Source of the DNA: an uncultured Clostridia bacterium
Lineage (GTDB): Bacteria; Bacillota; Clostridia; Oscillospirales; JAAYOS01
Direction: 5' to 3'
Length of the DNA: 64,000 nucleotides
Assembly: GCA_947630675.1 (NCBI GenBank)
Contig: CANRIN010000003.1
Coordinates: 4,530 to 68,529, forward strand
Shown here: positions 37,951 through 47,248 of the stretch, one piece after another
Numbering within the stretch: the stretch's first letter is position 1
How the letters are laid out: every line of letters begins with the position of its first letter
Program-made: the position numbers and the translations under genes
The notes under the pieces: model-generated
What the model was told of the DNA's origin: nothing
The model's database searches: none
Seen by the model: the letters and a program-made list of their open reading frames with translations, nothing else

Positions 37951-39183
37951 TCAGTCCACGGGAGACGTGCGGACGTCACCGTAGAAGTTTATCGGCATGT
38001 CGCCTACGCTTATCGTGCGGACGATGAAATTCCCGTCCGAAATATACTCGAGTATCTCCGGCAGAGCCTCCGCCGTAGTCGCGGTGTCGTGCATGAGTAT
38101 CACGACCGTCGAGTCCGCCTCGTCAAGGCCGCGTATGACCGTTCTCGCGAGCGCCGAGGCGGAGGGCTGCTCGTAGTCGAGGGCGTCCACCGTCCAGTCC
38201 CAGTAGCGGTAGCCCGCGCCTATCACGGCGTCCCGCATCTCATCCGTGACCTCGCTGTAGCTTGAGCCGTAGGGAAAGCGGAATATCCGCGTGCGCACCT
38301 GCGCCACGGCGTCGAGCGCGCCGGCGGCGCGTTCGATCTCATCCCGCAGCGCCTCGCCCGAGGAGTACATCTCGCTCCCGACATGGCTCCACGCATGCAG
38401 GCCGACAGCGTGTCCTCCGCCCACCATTCTCCGCACGGTGTCCCGCTCCTGCTCTATCTCGCTGCCGAGCAGGAAGAAGGTCGCCTTCATGCCGTAGTCG
38501 TCGAGGGTGTCGAGTATGGACGCGGTGTTCCGGTTAGGCCCGTCGTCAAAGGTGATGTAGACTACCTTCGGCTCGGGCGGCGGAGAGGTATCCTCCGGCG
38601 GCACGCTGCTCGGCGCGGCGGACGTCTGCGGTTCGCCCGAGGGCTCCGCGCTTGGCCGCGAGATGTGACCGAGATACAGCGCCACGAGCTCCGGCTGATA
38701 CTGCGCAAGGAAGCTGTCCGCGCCCAGGTCGGACGAGGACACGATGCGCACCGTCTCGAGCGGGTGGCTTCGGAGCACCTGGAGCTCGAGACCGAACTTT
38801 TCGCACACGAACGAGAGCGGCACGCAGATAGTCCCCGCGCCGTTTGTCACGAGGCGTATCTGGTACTGCTGCTCGCGGTCGTAGGCGGTCTGCGCGAGCG
38901 AGTCAAAGGTTATCATGTAGTCGCGGTTGTACAGCGTCAGCCTGTACATCTCGCTGTTGTAGCTGTAAAACACCCCAAGCGAGCGGTCGGCAAATATCTC
39001 GTAGGGAGCGTATACCTCGCCGTCCGCCATCACCGGCATCATCGCCGTGTCGAGCGGCTGCACGGAGTCGTTGAGCACGGTGAAGAACTCCTCCCCATCG
39101 GAGGCGGAGGAAGCAAACGCGGCAAGCGAAAGCACGAGCGCCGAAACGGCGAGGAACAGCGCAAGAAGCCGCATCCTCTTCAT
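37951..39183 (-). CDS. Secreted polysaccharide deacetylase (NodB domain) with N-terminal copper-amine-oxidase-like stalk domain
   Basis: The start is MKRMRLLALFLAVSALVLSLAAFASSA (ATG 39183, GGAGGG upstream). NodB motifs TFDDGP and HAWSH are present. Confidence 0.85.
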   Translation of the reverse strand: MKRMRLLALFLAVSALVLSLAAFASSASDGEEFFTVLNDSVQPLDTAMMPVMADGEVYAPYEIFADRSLGVFYSYNSEMYRLTLYNRDYMITFDSLAQTAYDREQQYQIRLVTNGAGTICVPLSFVCEKFGLELQVLRSHPLETVRIVSSSDLGADSFLAQYQPELVALYLGHISRPSAEPSGEPQTSAAPSSVPPEDTSPPPEPKVVYITFDDGPNRNTASILDTLDDYGMKATFFLLGSEIEQERDTVRRMVGGGHAVGLHAWSHVGSEMYSSGEALRDEIERAAGALDAVAQVRTRIFRFPYGSSYSEVTDEMRDAVIGAGYRYWDWTVDALDYEQPSASALARTVIRGLDEADSTVVILMHDTATTAEALPEILEYISDGNFIVRTISVGDMPINFYGDVRTSPVD

Positions 39184-39408
39184 CCTTCGCCCTCCTTTCC
39201 CGCCGCGCGTCCGTATCGCGCCGGTCACAATTTCACATATATATTGTACCACAAAGCACGTTGATGTTCAACTACCGCTAGTCTCGCCCCGAAAATAAAT
39301 TTAATGCCTTGTGCGGGCCGGCAAAAAATGCTATACTGAGAAAAAAGCTTTCGGAGTGATTTTTTTGACGTGTTTTATCCGCCGCGCACCGCAGGCGGGT
39401 GCGGGTGT

Positions 39409-40170
39409 ATGAAGGACTTTCGTGAAAGCGCCGCTTCGCGCGCCTCGGGCGATGAGGAGCGGCTGCTTGCCCGGCGGCTCTGCGACCTTTCGGAGCGCGC
39501 GGCGAGAAGCGGCGTTCTCGTCTCGACGGGTTTCCTCTCGCCCTCCGAGCAGGAGTTCTGCCGCATCGTGTCGCCGCTTCTTCCCTGCGAGCCGGTCTTT
39601 GACGGAGGATTTGAGGGTGCGGAGCGCGCCGTCGTCTGCCTCGGCGAATACGGCGAGCGTCCCATAGCCGCGCTCCGCCTCGAGCACAAAACGCCGCTCT
39701 CCCACCGCGACATTCTCGGCTCGGTGCTCGGGCTCGGGCTCGAGAGAAGCGTCGTCGGCGACATAGTCGCGGGCGAGACCGAAAGCCGGCTCGTAGTGCT
39801 CCGCGCAAACCTCTCCTTCCTTCTCTCGCAGTTCGACCGCGCGGGGAGGACGCCGCTTACCGTCTCCGAGCTTTCGCTTGAGGACTTCGCTCCGCCGGAG
39901 AGACGAACCGAGCGGAGCGTCGTGAGTCTCGCGTCGCCGCGGCTCGACGCGCTCGTCGCCGCCGCGTGGGGCCTCTCGCGGGAGGAGGCGCAGACGCAGC
40001 TCACGCGCGGGCTCGTGCAGCTCAACCACCGGCCGACCCTCGACCACTCCAAGCAGATCCGCGAAGGAGACACCGTGAGCCTCCGCGGGCGCGGCAAGCT
40101 CACCGTCGGCAGCACGCTCGGCGAAAGCCGCCGCGGCCGGCTCAGGATAGAAATAGAAAAGTACGTCTAG
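39409..40170 (+). CDS. ylmH: YlmH-like RNA-binding S4-domain protein
   Basis: MKDFRES... with a C-terminal S4 domain (RLDALVAAAWGLSREEAQTQLTRGLVQLNHRP...GDTVSLRGRGKL). Confidence 0.7.
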   Translation: MKDFRESAASRASGDEERLLARRLCDLSERAARSGVLVSTGFLSPSEQEFCRIVSPLLPCEPVFDGGFEGAERAVVCLGEYGERPIAALRLEHKTPLSHRDILGSVLGLGLERSVVGDIVAGETESRLVVLRANLSFLLSQFDRAGRTPLTVSELSLEDFAPPERRTERSVVSLASPRLDALVAAAWGLSREEAQTQLTRGLVQLNHRPTLDHSKQIREGDTVSLRGRGKLTVGSTLGESRRGRLRIEIEKYV

Positions 40171-40212
40171 CGCGGGACTTTTGCCGCGCGGAAAACACGA
40201 AAGGAGCGTATT

Positions 40213-40863
40213 ATGGAACTCTGCAGGTACATCGACCATACTCTGCTTCGGGCGGACGCCGTCCCGGAGGAGATAGAGCGGCTCTGCCGCGAAGCCGTGG
40301 AGCACCGCTTCGCCTCGGTGTGCGTGAACGGGAAGTACGTCCCGCTCGCCGCTCGCCTCACGACGGGGACGGACGTGGGCGTCGCGTGCGTGGTGGGCTT
40401 CCCGCTCGGCGCGATGGCGTCCGAGGCGAAGGCGTTCGAGGCGGCGACGGCCGTGCGCGACGGCGCAAGCGAAATAGACATGGTGATAGACATCGGCGCG
40501 GCGAAGGCGGGCGACTTTGCCGCCGTTGAGCAGGACGTCCGCGCCGTCGTGCGTGCGGCGGACGGGCGCACAGTCAAGGCGATAATCGAGACCTGCCTTC
40601 TCACCGACGACGAGAAGCGCGCCGCCTGCCGTGCGGCGGTCGCGGGAGGCGCGGCGTTTGTCAAGACGTCTACCGGCTTCTCGAAGGGCGGCGCGACGGC
40701 GGAGGACGTCCGTCTCATGCGCGAGGCCGTAGGGCCCGACATAGGCGTCAAGGCAAGCGGCGGCGTCCGCACGAGAGAGGCGGCGGAGGCGATGATAGCC
40801 GCCGGCGCAACGAGGATAGGTACCTCAAGCGGCGCAAAAATATGCGAGCAGGCTAATATGTGA
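40213..40863 (+). CDS. deoC: Deoxyribose-phosphate aldolase
   Basis: 216 aa; [18 protein letters not shown] and VKASGGVRT (Schiff-base Lys region). Confidence 0.95.
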   Translation: MELCRYIDHTLLRADAVPEEIERLCREAVEHRFASVCVNGKYVPLAARLTTGTDVGVACVVGFPLGAMASEAKAFEAATAVRDGASEIDMVIDIGAAKAGDFAAVEQDVRAVVRAADGRTVKAIIETCLLTDDEKRAACRAAVAGGAAFVKTSTGFSKGGATAEDVRLMREAVGPDIGVKASGGVRTREAAEAMIAAGATRIGTSSGAKICEQANM

Positions 40864-40882
40864 GTAAACCGATTTTCGGATA

Positions 40883-40922
40883 AAAAAACAGCCGGGGAAA
40901 CCAATCCCCGGCTGTTTTTTTG
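40883..40922. terminator. Bidirectional intrinsic terminator
   Basis: aaaaaaacagccgggga-aaccaa-tccccggctgttttttt, between convergent deoC and the Cys-rich gene. Confidence 0.85.
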
Positions 40923-40941
40923 TTTGCCGCGACCGCTTCGG

Positions 40942-41520
40942 TCAGCCTTCGATCCCTATTTTAAGTCCGCAGGTCTCGCAGACCGGGAGTCCCGTATCTT
41001 CGTCGGTGATCCAGCTGTGGAAATTCGAGTGGTTCGGGCAAACAAGGTCTTCACCCCTAGGCGTCTTTACGGCGTACTTGCCGCAGGCCGAACACTCCGG
41101 ATATCCGTTCCTGAAGTCGGTAAACCATGTGTGACCGGTGTACGGCTCCGGGCACTCCGCGCTCTCATCGTCAAGAACATAGAGCATTCCGCACCTGCCG
41201 CATTTTATGTTTCCGGTGGTATAGTCGGTTCCCCAGCTATGGTAATACTCATGGCGGCTCAGCTCCTGCGCGCCGTAGACCTTGCCGTGCGAGTAGCACA
41301 TCGGCTGTTCATATGATATTTCTACATAGCACACCTTGGGATCTCCGCTGACATTGCTTGTCACGGTATACCTGTCGTACCACAGCGGAGCGCCGCACGC
41401 CGGGCAGTATGCGGGTGTGCGTTCTATCGAGCCGCGTTCGTCGTTCATGGCATACGCCGTAGATACTATGCCCGCCAGCATAACGGCGGCAACCATAAGA
41501 GCCAATATTCTCCTTTTCAC
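40942..41520 (-). CDS. Hypothetical exported Cys/His-rich repeat protein
   Basis: 192 aa with a GTG start and AGAGGGAGAG RBS. It has a signal peptide (MKRRILALMVAAVMLAGIVSTAYA), four CxxCG motifs and three H-[ST]-W-x-T-D repeats. No family was recognised. Confidence 0.6.
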   Translation of the reverse strand: MKRRILALMVAAVMLAGIVSTAYAMNDERGSIERTPAYCPACGAPLWYDRYTVTSNVSGDPKVCYVEISYEQPMCYSHGKVYGAQELSRHEYYHSWGTDYTTGNIKCGRCGMLYVLDDESAECPEPYTGHTWFTDFRNGYPECSACGKYAVKTPRGEDLVCPNHSNFHSWITDEDTGLPVCETCGLKIGIEG

Positions 41521-41653
41521 CGTTCTCTCCCTCTTTTCACTATCCGCTCATCCATTCGACCGTATATGTTAGAACCAAGTGTGCCCATAGTAATCCACTC
41601 CCTTCCCTCTGAATAATCGGCAAAAACATCAACACATATTCCTATGTGAATGT

Positions 41654-41682
41654 ATCATACCATGCAATATGCTCCGTGTCAA
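41654..41682 (-). promoter_or_regulatory. Strong sigma-A-type promoter for the Cys-rich exported protein gene
   Basis: The minus strand reads TTGACA (41682-41677), 17-nt spacer ending in TGG, TATGAT (41659-41654). Confidence 0.6.
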
Positions 41683-41703
41683 CGGCATTTTGAAGAATTT
41701 TTC

Positions 41704-41745
41704 AAATGAAAACCCCGCGCGGCGTCAATAGCGCGCACGGGGTTT
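41704..41745 (-). terminator. Probable dnaJ operon terminator
   Basis: The minus strand reads ccccgtgcgcgc-tattgac-gccgcgcgggg followed by ttttcattt, ~190 nt downstream of the dnaJ stop. Confidence 0.5.
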
Positions 41746-41933
41746 ACGTTTTATTCATAAAGCTCTAAGGAATCTCTGAATAAATCGGCGAGAGCGGGTC
41801 GTGAGATATTTTGCGTTACAGCAAGGCGCGATTTTGCAGGAATACTTGCCGTATTTCAAGAAAGCACAACGATGCTGCGGCGCAAAAGAGCCGCGAGACG
41901 CCGAAGACGCATTTGTTCAGAGGTTCCTTAATA

Positions 41934-43073
41934 CTATTTCTTGAACTTGTCGAAGAAACGCTTGCGCTTCTCGGACTGCTTGTCGCCGAGCGTTCCGTCG
42001 AACTCGCGCAGCAGCTCCTTCTGGCGCGCGGTGAGGTTTCTCGGCGTCTCGACGACGATGTGGACGAACTCATCTCCGCGGACGCTCGAGTTCACCCTCG
42101 GTATGCCCTTTCCGCGCAGGCGGTACACCGAGCCGGTCTGCGTCCCCTCCGGCATGGTGTACTTCACCTTGCCGTCTATCGTCGGGACTTCGAGCTCCGC
42201 GCCGAGAGCGGCCTGGGCGAAGGACACCGGCATTTCGATATGTACCGACGTCCCCTCGCGCTCGAACACGGGATGAGGACGGACCGACACATCGACTAGC
42301 AGGTCGCCGGACGGGCCTCCGTTCTCTCCCGCGTGTCCTTCGCCGCGCACGGCGAAGGTCTGTCCGTCGTCTATACCGGCCGGGACCTTCACCTTTATCG
42401 TGCGCTTTGCGCGCTTCACGCCGCTGCCGCCGCAGGACGTGCAGGGCGAGGCTATCTTCTTGCCGCGCCCGCCGCACTCGGGGCAGGTGTCGCTCATGGT
42501 GACCGTGCCGAGCGGCGTGCGCCGGGTGGTGCGAACCTGACCCGTACCGCCGCAGCGCGGACATGTGTCCGCGTGCGTGCCGGGGGCGGCTCCGGTGCCG
42601 CCGCAGGTCTCGCAGTTCTCGACGCGCCCTATCTCTATCGTCTTTTCGCAGCCGAAGGCGGCCTCCTCGAAGCTTATCTCCATGCGGATACGCACGTTCT
42701 CGCCCTTCGAGGGACCGGTGCGGCGCGAGGCGGCTCCGCCGCCCATCCCGCCGAAGAAGCTCTCGAATATCGAGCCGATGTCCCCGAAACCTCCGAAGCC
42801 GCCGAAGTCTCCTCCGCCGTAAGCGTTCGGGTTGAAGTTTGGGTCGACGCCCGCGTGGCCGTAATTGTCGTAGAGCTCGCGCTTTTTGCTGTCGCTCAGG
42901 ACCTCGTAGGCCTCGTTGACCTCTTTGAACTTCTCCTCGGCCTCCTTGTTGCCGGGGTTCACGTCCGGGTGGTACTTCCGCGCCATATTGCGATAGGCGC
43001 GCTTTATCTCTTCCTCGCTTGCGCCCTTGCTTATGCCGAGCACCTCGTAATAATCGCGTTTCTGTTCCGCCAT
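41934..43073 (-). CDS. dnaJ: Molecular chaperone DnaJ
   Basis: J-domain HPD (KYHPDVN), a G/F-rich region and four CxxCxGxG repeats ([32 protein letters not shown]). Confidence 0.97.
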   Translation of the reverse strand: MAEQKRDYYEVLGISKGASEEEIKRAYRNMARKYHPDVNPGNKEAEEKFKEVNEAYEVLSDSKKRELYDNYGHAGVDPNFNPNAYGGGDFGGFGGFGDIGSIFESFFGGMGGGAASRRTGPSKGENVRIRMEISFEEAAFGCEKTIEIGRVENCETCGGTGAAPGTHADTCPRCGGTGQVRTTRRTPLGTVTMSDTCPECGGRGKKIASPCTSCGGSGVKRAKRTIKVKVPAGIDDGQTFAVRGEGHAGENGGPSGDLLVDVSVRPHPVFEREGTSVHIEMPVSFAQAALGAELEVPTIDGKVKYTMPEGTQTGSVYRLRGKGIPRVNSSVRGDEFVHIVVETPRNLTARQKELLREFDGTLGDKQSEKRKRFFDKFKK

Positions 43074-43154
43074 TTTCTCACGCCCTCACGGAAAGCATGC
43101 GGACGGAGACCCGTCCGCATGGTATTCCTGTCAATAGTGTTTTCGCCGGGGGAA

Positions 43155-45011
43155 TTACTTGTTCTCGCCGCCGTCCTTCTCGTCGTCATCGACGACGCGG
43201 TAGTCGGCGTCGTAGACGTTCGAATCGGAGCCGCCCTGCGCGCCGCCGTTCGGCTGACCGTTCTCGCCGCCGTTCGGCGCGGCCTGCTGATAGAGCTTTT
43301 CGCTCACGGCGTAGAACTCCTTGGTGAGCGCCTCGCTCTTCTCCTTTATCGCGGCGTAATCCTCGCCCTTCAGGGCTTCCTTCAGCGCGTCGCACGCGGT
43401 CTGGACCTTCGTCTTGTCGTCGGCGGAGAGCTTATCGCCGAGCTCGCCGAGGGTCTTCTCGGTCTGGTAGACGAGCTGATCCGCGCTGTTGCGGGTCTCC
43501 GCGTTCTCGCGGCGCTGCTTGTCCTCGCTCGCGTACTGCTCGCTCTCGCGGACAGCCTTCTCGATGTCCTCCTTCGACATGTTGGTGGAGCTCGTGATGG
43601 TTATATGCTGCTCGCGGCCGGTGCCGAGATCCTTTGCCGAGACGTTGACGATACCGTTCGCGTCGATGTCGAACGTGACCTCTATCTGCGGCACTCCGCG
43701 CGGAGCGGGAGCTATGCCGTCGAGGTGGAAGCGGCCGAGGGTCTTGTTGTACTGCGCCATCTCGCGCTCGCCCTGAAGGACGTGTACCTCGACCGAGGTC
43801 TGTCCGTCGGCGGCGGTGGAGAACACCTGGCTCTTCTTTGTCGGTATCGTGGTGTTGCGCTCTATGAGGCGGGTGAAGACTCCGCCCATAGTCTCAAGGC
43901 CGAGGGAAAGCGGCGTTACGTCGAGCAGGAGCAGTCCCTTGACGTCTCCTCCGAGGACGCCCGCCTGTATCGCCGCGCCGACGGCGACGCACTCGTCCGG
44001 GTTGATGCCCTTGAACGGCTCGCGGCCGGTGAACTTCTTGACGGCCTCCTGGACGGCGGGGATACGCGTCGAGCCGCCGACGAGCAGCACCTTCGCGATG
44101 TCGGAGGGCTTGAGACCGGAGTCGCTCATGGCCTGACGCATCGGCCCGAGGGTCGCTTCGACGAGGTCTGCCGTGAGCTCGTTGAACTTCGCGCGGGTGA
44201 GGGTGACGTCGAGGTGCTTCGGGCCGTTGACGTCCGCCGTGATGTACGGCAGATTTATCGAGGAGCTCGTCACCTGCGAAAGCTCGATCTTGGCCTTCTC
44301 GGCGGCCTCCTTGAGGCGCTGCATGGTGATATTGTCGCGGGAGAGGTCGATACCCTCCTTCGCCTTGAACTCGCTGACGAGGTAGTCCATGATGCGCTTG
44401 TCGAAGTCGTCGCCGCCGAGGCGGTTGTTGCCCGCTGTCGCGAGGACCTCGAGGACGCCGTCGCCTATCTCGAGTATCGAGACGTCGAACGTGCCGCCGC
44501 CGAAGTCGTAGACCATGATCTTCTGCTCGTTCTCCTTATCGAGGCCGTAGGCGAGCGCCGCCGCCGTCGGCTCGTTGATTATGCGCTTGACCTCGAGGCC
44601 GGCGATCTTGCCGGCGTCCTTGGTGGCCTGACGCTGCGCGTCGGTGAAGTATGCCGGAACGGTTATGACCGCCTCGGTGACCGGGCCGCCGAGGTAGCTC
44701 TCCGCGTCGGTCTTGAGCTTCGTGAGCACCATCGCGCTTATCTCCTGCGGGGTGTACTGCTTGTCGCCTATTGTAACGCGGTAGTTGCTGCCCATCTCGC
44801 GCTTTATCGAGGAGACGGTGCGGTCCGGGTTTGTGATGGCCTGACGCTTTGCGACGGTGCCGACCATGCGCTCGCCGTCCTTCGAGAACGCAACGACCGA
44901 CGGGGTCGTCCTGTCGCCCTCGGCGTTCGCGATAACGACCGGCTCGCCGCCCTCGATGACTGCCACGCACGAGTTCGTGGTGCCGAGATCTATGCCTATA
45001 ATCTTGCTCAT
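43155..45011 (-). CDS. dnaK: Molecular chaperone DnaK (Hsp70)
   Basis: The start is [18 protein letters not shown] (ATG 45011). The Hsp70 signatures DLGGGTFD-like ([10 protein letters not shown]) and [11 protein letters not shown] are present. Confidence 0.97.
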   Translation of the reverse strand: MSKIIGIDLGTTNSCVAVIEGGEPVVIANAEGDRTTPSVVAFSKDGERMVGTVAKRQAITNPDRTVSSIKREMGSNYRVTIGDKQYTPQEISAMVLTKLKTDAESYLGGPVTEAVITVPAYFTDAQRQATKDAGKIAGLEVKRIINEPTAAALAYGLDKENEQKIMVYDFGGGTFDVSILEIGDGVLEVLATAGNNRLGGDDFDKRIMDYLVSEFKAKEGIDLSRDNITMQRLKEAAEKAKIELSQVTSSSINLPYITADVNGPKHLDVTLTRAKFNELTADLVEATLGPMRQAMSDSGLKPSDIAKVLLVGGSTRIPAVQEAVKKFTGREPFKGINPDECVAVGAAIQAGVLGGDVKGLLLLDVTPLSLGLETMGGVFTRLIERNTTIPTKKSQVFSTAADGQTSVEVHVLQGEREMAQYNKTLGRFHLDGIAPAPRGVPQIEVTFDIDANGIVNVSAKDLGTGREQHITITSSTNMSKEDIEKAVRESEQYASEDKQRRENAETRNSADQLVYQTEKTLGELGDKLSADDKTKVQTACDALKEALKGEDYAAIKEKSEALTKEFYAVSEKLYQQAAPNGGENGQPNGGAQGGSDSNVYDADYRVVDDDEKDGGENK

Positions 45012-45065
45012 TATATTGTCCTCCTGTTCGTTATTGTCGGTTTTGATGCCTGTGTATTCAAAAAA

Positions 45066-45146
45066 CGTTGCCGTTTTGCTTCCGTGATATAATAGCCGCT
45101 TTGCTCCCGCCCTTCGTGCGGAACCGCAAAACATGGCACATTATAG
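45066..45146 (-). repeat. Hairpin repeat module inside the grpE-dnaK spacer
   Basis: gctcccgcccttcgtgcggaaccgcaaaacatggcacattatag is the inverted copy of the module repeated at 60300-60345 and 60409-60454. Confidence 0.8.
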
Positions 45147-45151
45147 GTCGC

Positions 45152-45736
45152 TCAGTTTGCGACCTTCACGACGGCGTGGCGTATGACGCGCCCGCCGGTC
45201 TCGAAGCCCTTCTGGAAGGTCTCCGCGACCACGCTCTCGCCGAGAGTCTCGTCGTCGACGTGCATGACCGCGTTGTGGCGCTCCGGGTCGAACGGCGTTC
45301 CCGGCGCGCTCTCTATCTCGGTGACACCGAGCGCCGCGAGGCTCGCGTCGAACTGCTGGAGCGTCATTTCCACGCCCTTCTTGAACGCCTCGTCCGACGT
45401 CTCCTGTGCCGCCGCGCGCGCGAGGTTGTCATAGACCGGAAGCAGCGCCTCTATCGTCGACGCCTTCACCGAGCCGAAGAGCTGCTCACGCTCGCGCTGC
45501 GTGCGCTTCCGGTAGTTGTCGTACTCGGCGGCAAGGCGCATATACGAGTCCTGAAGCTCCGCGAGCTTCTTTTCCGCCTCGCTCTGCTCGGGTGCGGAGC
45601 CCTGCGCATCCTTTGCTTCGGGCGCTGCCGTCTCCTCCGTCTTTGCCTCGGACTCGGGCTTTTCCTTATCCGCGGCGGAGGCCTTTGCGTTTTCCTTCGC
45701 TTCGTCCTGCTCCGGGTTTTTCTTTTTCTTTGTCAC
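45152..45736 (-). CDS. grpE: Nucleotide exchange factor GrpE
   Basis: 194 aa with an acidic N-terminus, a coiled-coil (YMRLAAEYDNYRKRTQRE) and a GrpE beta-domain C-terminus. Confidence 0.95.
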   Translation of the reverse strand: MTKKKKNPEQDEAKENAKASAADKEKPESEAKTEETAAPEAKDAQGSAPEQSEAEKKLAELQDSYMRLAAEYDNYRKRTQREREQLFGSVKASTIEALLPVYDNLARAAAQETSDEAFKKGVEMTLQQFDASLAALGVTEIESAPGTPFDPERHNAVMHVDDETLGESVVAETFQKGFETGGRVIRHAVVKVAN

Positions 45737-46791
45737 TTACTGTCACTTCCATCCTTATTATCTTCGCCGCTTTCCGCGGCGGGACCTCCGAGCGCCCGCA
45801 TGAAGTACCCGAGCCGAGATGCGACCTTTGCGTAGTCCATCCGCGTCGGCCCGACGACGCCAATGACGCCGCGCAGCCCATCTCCGAGGTCGTAGCTCGC
45901 GGTCACGACGCTCGAGTCGCTCAGCTCCTCCACGAGGTTCTCCTTGCCGATGATTATTTTTATCCTGCCGTTCTCCTCCGGCGCGGGCAGCATATCCTGC
46001 GCCGATCGGTCGGACAGGTAGGTGATGAGCCGGTGCGCACGCTCCGGCTCGCGGAAGTCAGGCAGCGAAAGCATCTTCGCCGCGCCGTCCACCGTGAGCT
46101 CGCGGCGCACGAGGCTCTCCGCGCTCCCGCGCAGGAAGTCTATGACGACCGCGCAAAATTCCGGCGGCGCGCCGCTCTCGCGCGCTATCTCGAATACCGC
46201 CACGGCGGATATCGCGCTTGCCTCCGAGCCCGTGAACTTTCTGTTCACCGAATCCGCGAGCCGGTGCAGTGTTTCGTCCTCAACGCCGGCGGGACGCCCC
46301 ACCGTGGAGTTTTTGACTTCGTTTGCGCTGAACACCGCGACGAGCACGCAGCTGCTCCGGTCGAGGGTGATTATCTCGAGCTTCTTCAGCTTCGCGTCCT
46401 CGCTGCGGAGGGTGCCGGCATACGCCGCGTAGCTCGTGAAATAGCTCACGATAGCCGCCGCCTCGCTTATCAGCCGGTCAAGCTCGCGGACGCGGCTCTT
46501 TACGAGCTTATCCATCCGCTCGCGCTCCGCCTTTGAGAGTGCGGACACCGCCATCAGCTCGTCGACATACATTCTGTATCCCTTATGGGACGGGACCCGG
46601 CCGGCGGAGGTGTGCGGCTGCTCGAGAAATCCGAGGCTTTCGAGCTCGCTCATCTCGTTCCTGAGCGTGGCCGGGGAGAGTTTGATGCCGAGCTGCTCCG
46701 CAAGCGTCTTTGACCCGACCGGCTCGCCGGTTTTGATGTAGTTGTCAACGACCGCCTTCAGTATTATTTTCTTTCTGTCTCCCAGCGCCAT
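45733..46791 (-). CDS. hrcA: Heat-inducible transcription repressor HrcA
   Basis: 352 aa; an N-terminal wHTH (RKKIILKAVVDNYIKTGEPVGSKTLAE). The stop overlaps the grpE start by 4 nt, and a CIRCE operator lies upstream. Confidence 0.95.
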   Translation of the reverse strand: MALGDRKKIILKAVVDNYIKTGEPVGSKTLAEQLGIKLSPATLRNEMSELESLGFLEQPHTSAGRVPSHKGYRMYVDELMAVSALSKAERERMDKLVKSRVRELDRLISEAAAIVSYFTSYAAYAGTLRSEDAKLKKLEIITLDRSSCVLVAVFSANEVKNSTVGRPAGVEDETLHRLADSVNRKFTGSEASAISAVAVFEIARESGAPPEFCAVVIDFLRGSAESLVRRELTVDGAAKMLSLPDFREPERAHRLITYLSDRSAQDMLPAPEENGRIKIIIGKENLVEELSDSSVVTASYDLGDGLRGVIGVVGPTRMDYAKVASRLGYFMRALGGPAAESGEDNKDGSDSK

Positions 46792-46803
46792 AATTTCACC
46801 CCG

Positions 46804-46830
46804 TTAGCACTCTAGTCCCCCGAGTGCTAA
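46804..46830. promoter_or_regulatory. CIRCE operator (HrcA binding site)
   Basis: TTAGCACTC-tagtccccc-GAGTGCTAA, a perfect match to the CIRCE consensus TTAGCACTC-N9-GAGTGCTAA, 13 nt upstream of the hrcA start. Confidence 0.97.
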
Positions 46831-46834
46831 AATT

Positions 46835-46863
46835 ATTTTAGCGCCGCTTCCGCAAATTGTCAA
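46835..46863 (-). promoter_or_regulatory. Sigma-A-type promoter of the hrcA-grpE-dnaK-dnaJ operon
   Basis: The minus strand reads TTGACA (46863-46858), 17-nt spacer, TAAAAT (46840-46835), immediately followed by CIRCE. Confidence 0.7.
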
Positions 46864-46981
46864 GCCCTTTTCTCTGAACATTTTGTGAACAACCCGCATC
46901 TCCGCAAAATCTCGCGGAAAAGTATTGACATTCTTTACCGCATTCTCCCTTCTATGCAGCCTGCGGTTACACCGCGCTACT

Positions 46982-47248
46982 AAGCCTCGCAGAGTTTCGC
47001 CGCTTCAACGGCGAAATAAATTCAAATCATTTTCGGCGGCGGCGTGTACGTCGCCGAAAATACCTCTCGCGGAGCGTGCGTCGAAGACGGCGAAGCCGTC
47101 GAGGCGCGTAGCGGAGCGCTTGCTGTCGGCAAGGCTACGCCTTGTCCGACAGCTTCACTCGGAATTGCGCCTGCGCAATTCCGAGTGAACTTCTCGCGGC
47201 GAATTGGTAAGGGCGCGGATCACATCCGAGCCCGCGATTCGCCGCGAC
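46982..47248 (+). repeat. Mosaic multi-hairpin repeat, type-I copy overlapping the 3' end of the symporter CDS
   Basis: Same H1-H5 order as 598-871. The H5 stem is changed compensatorily (cactcggaattgcgc/gcgcaattccgagtg, 47156-47187). The outer tail stem is tcgcggcgaat/attcgccgcga. Confidence 0.9.
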
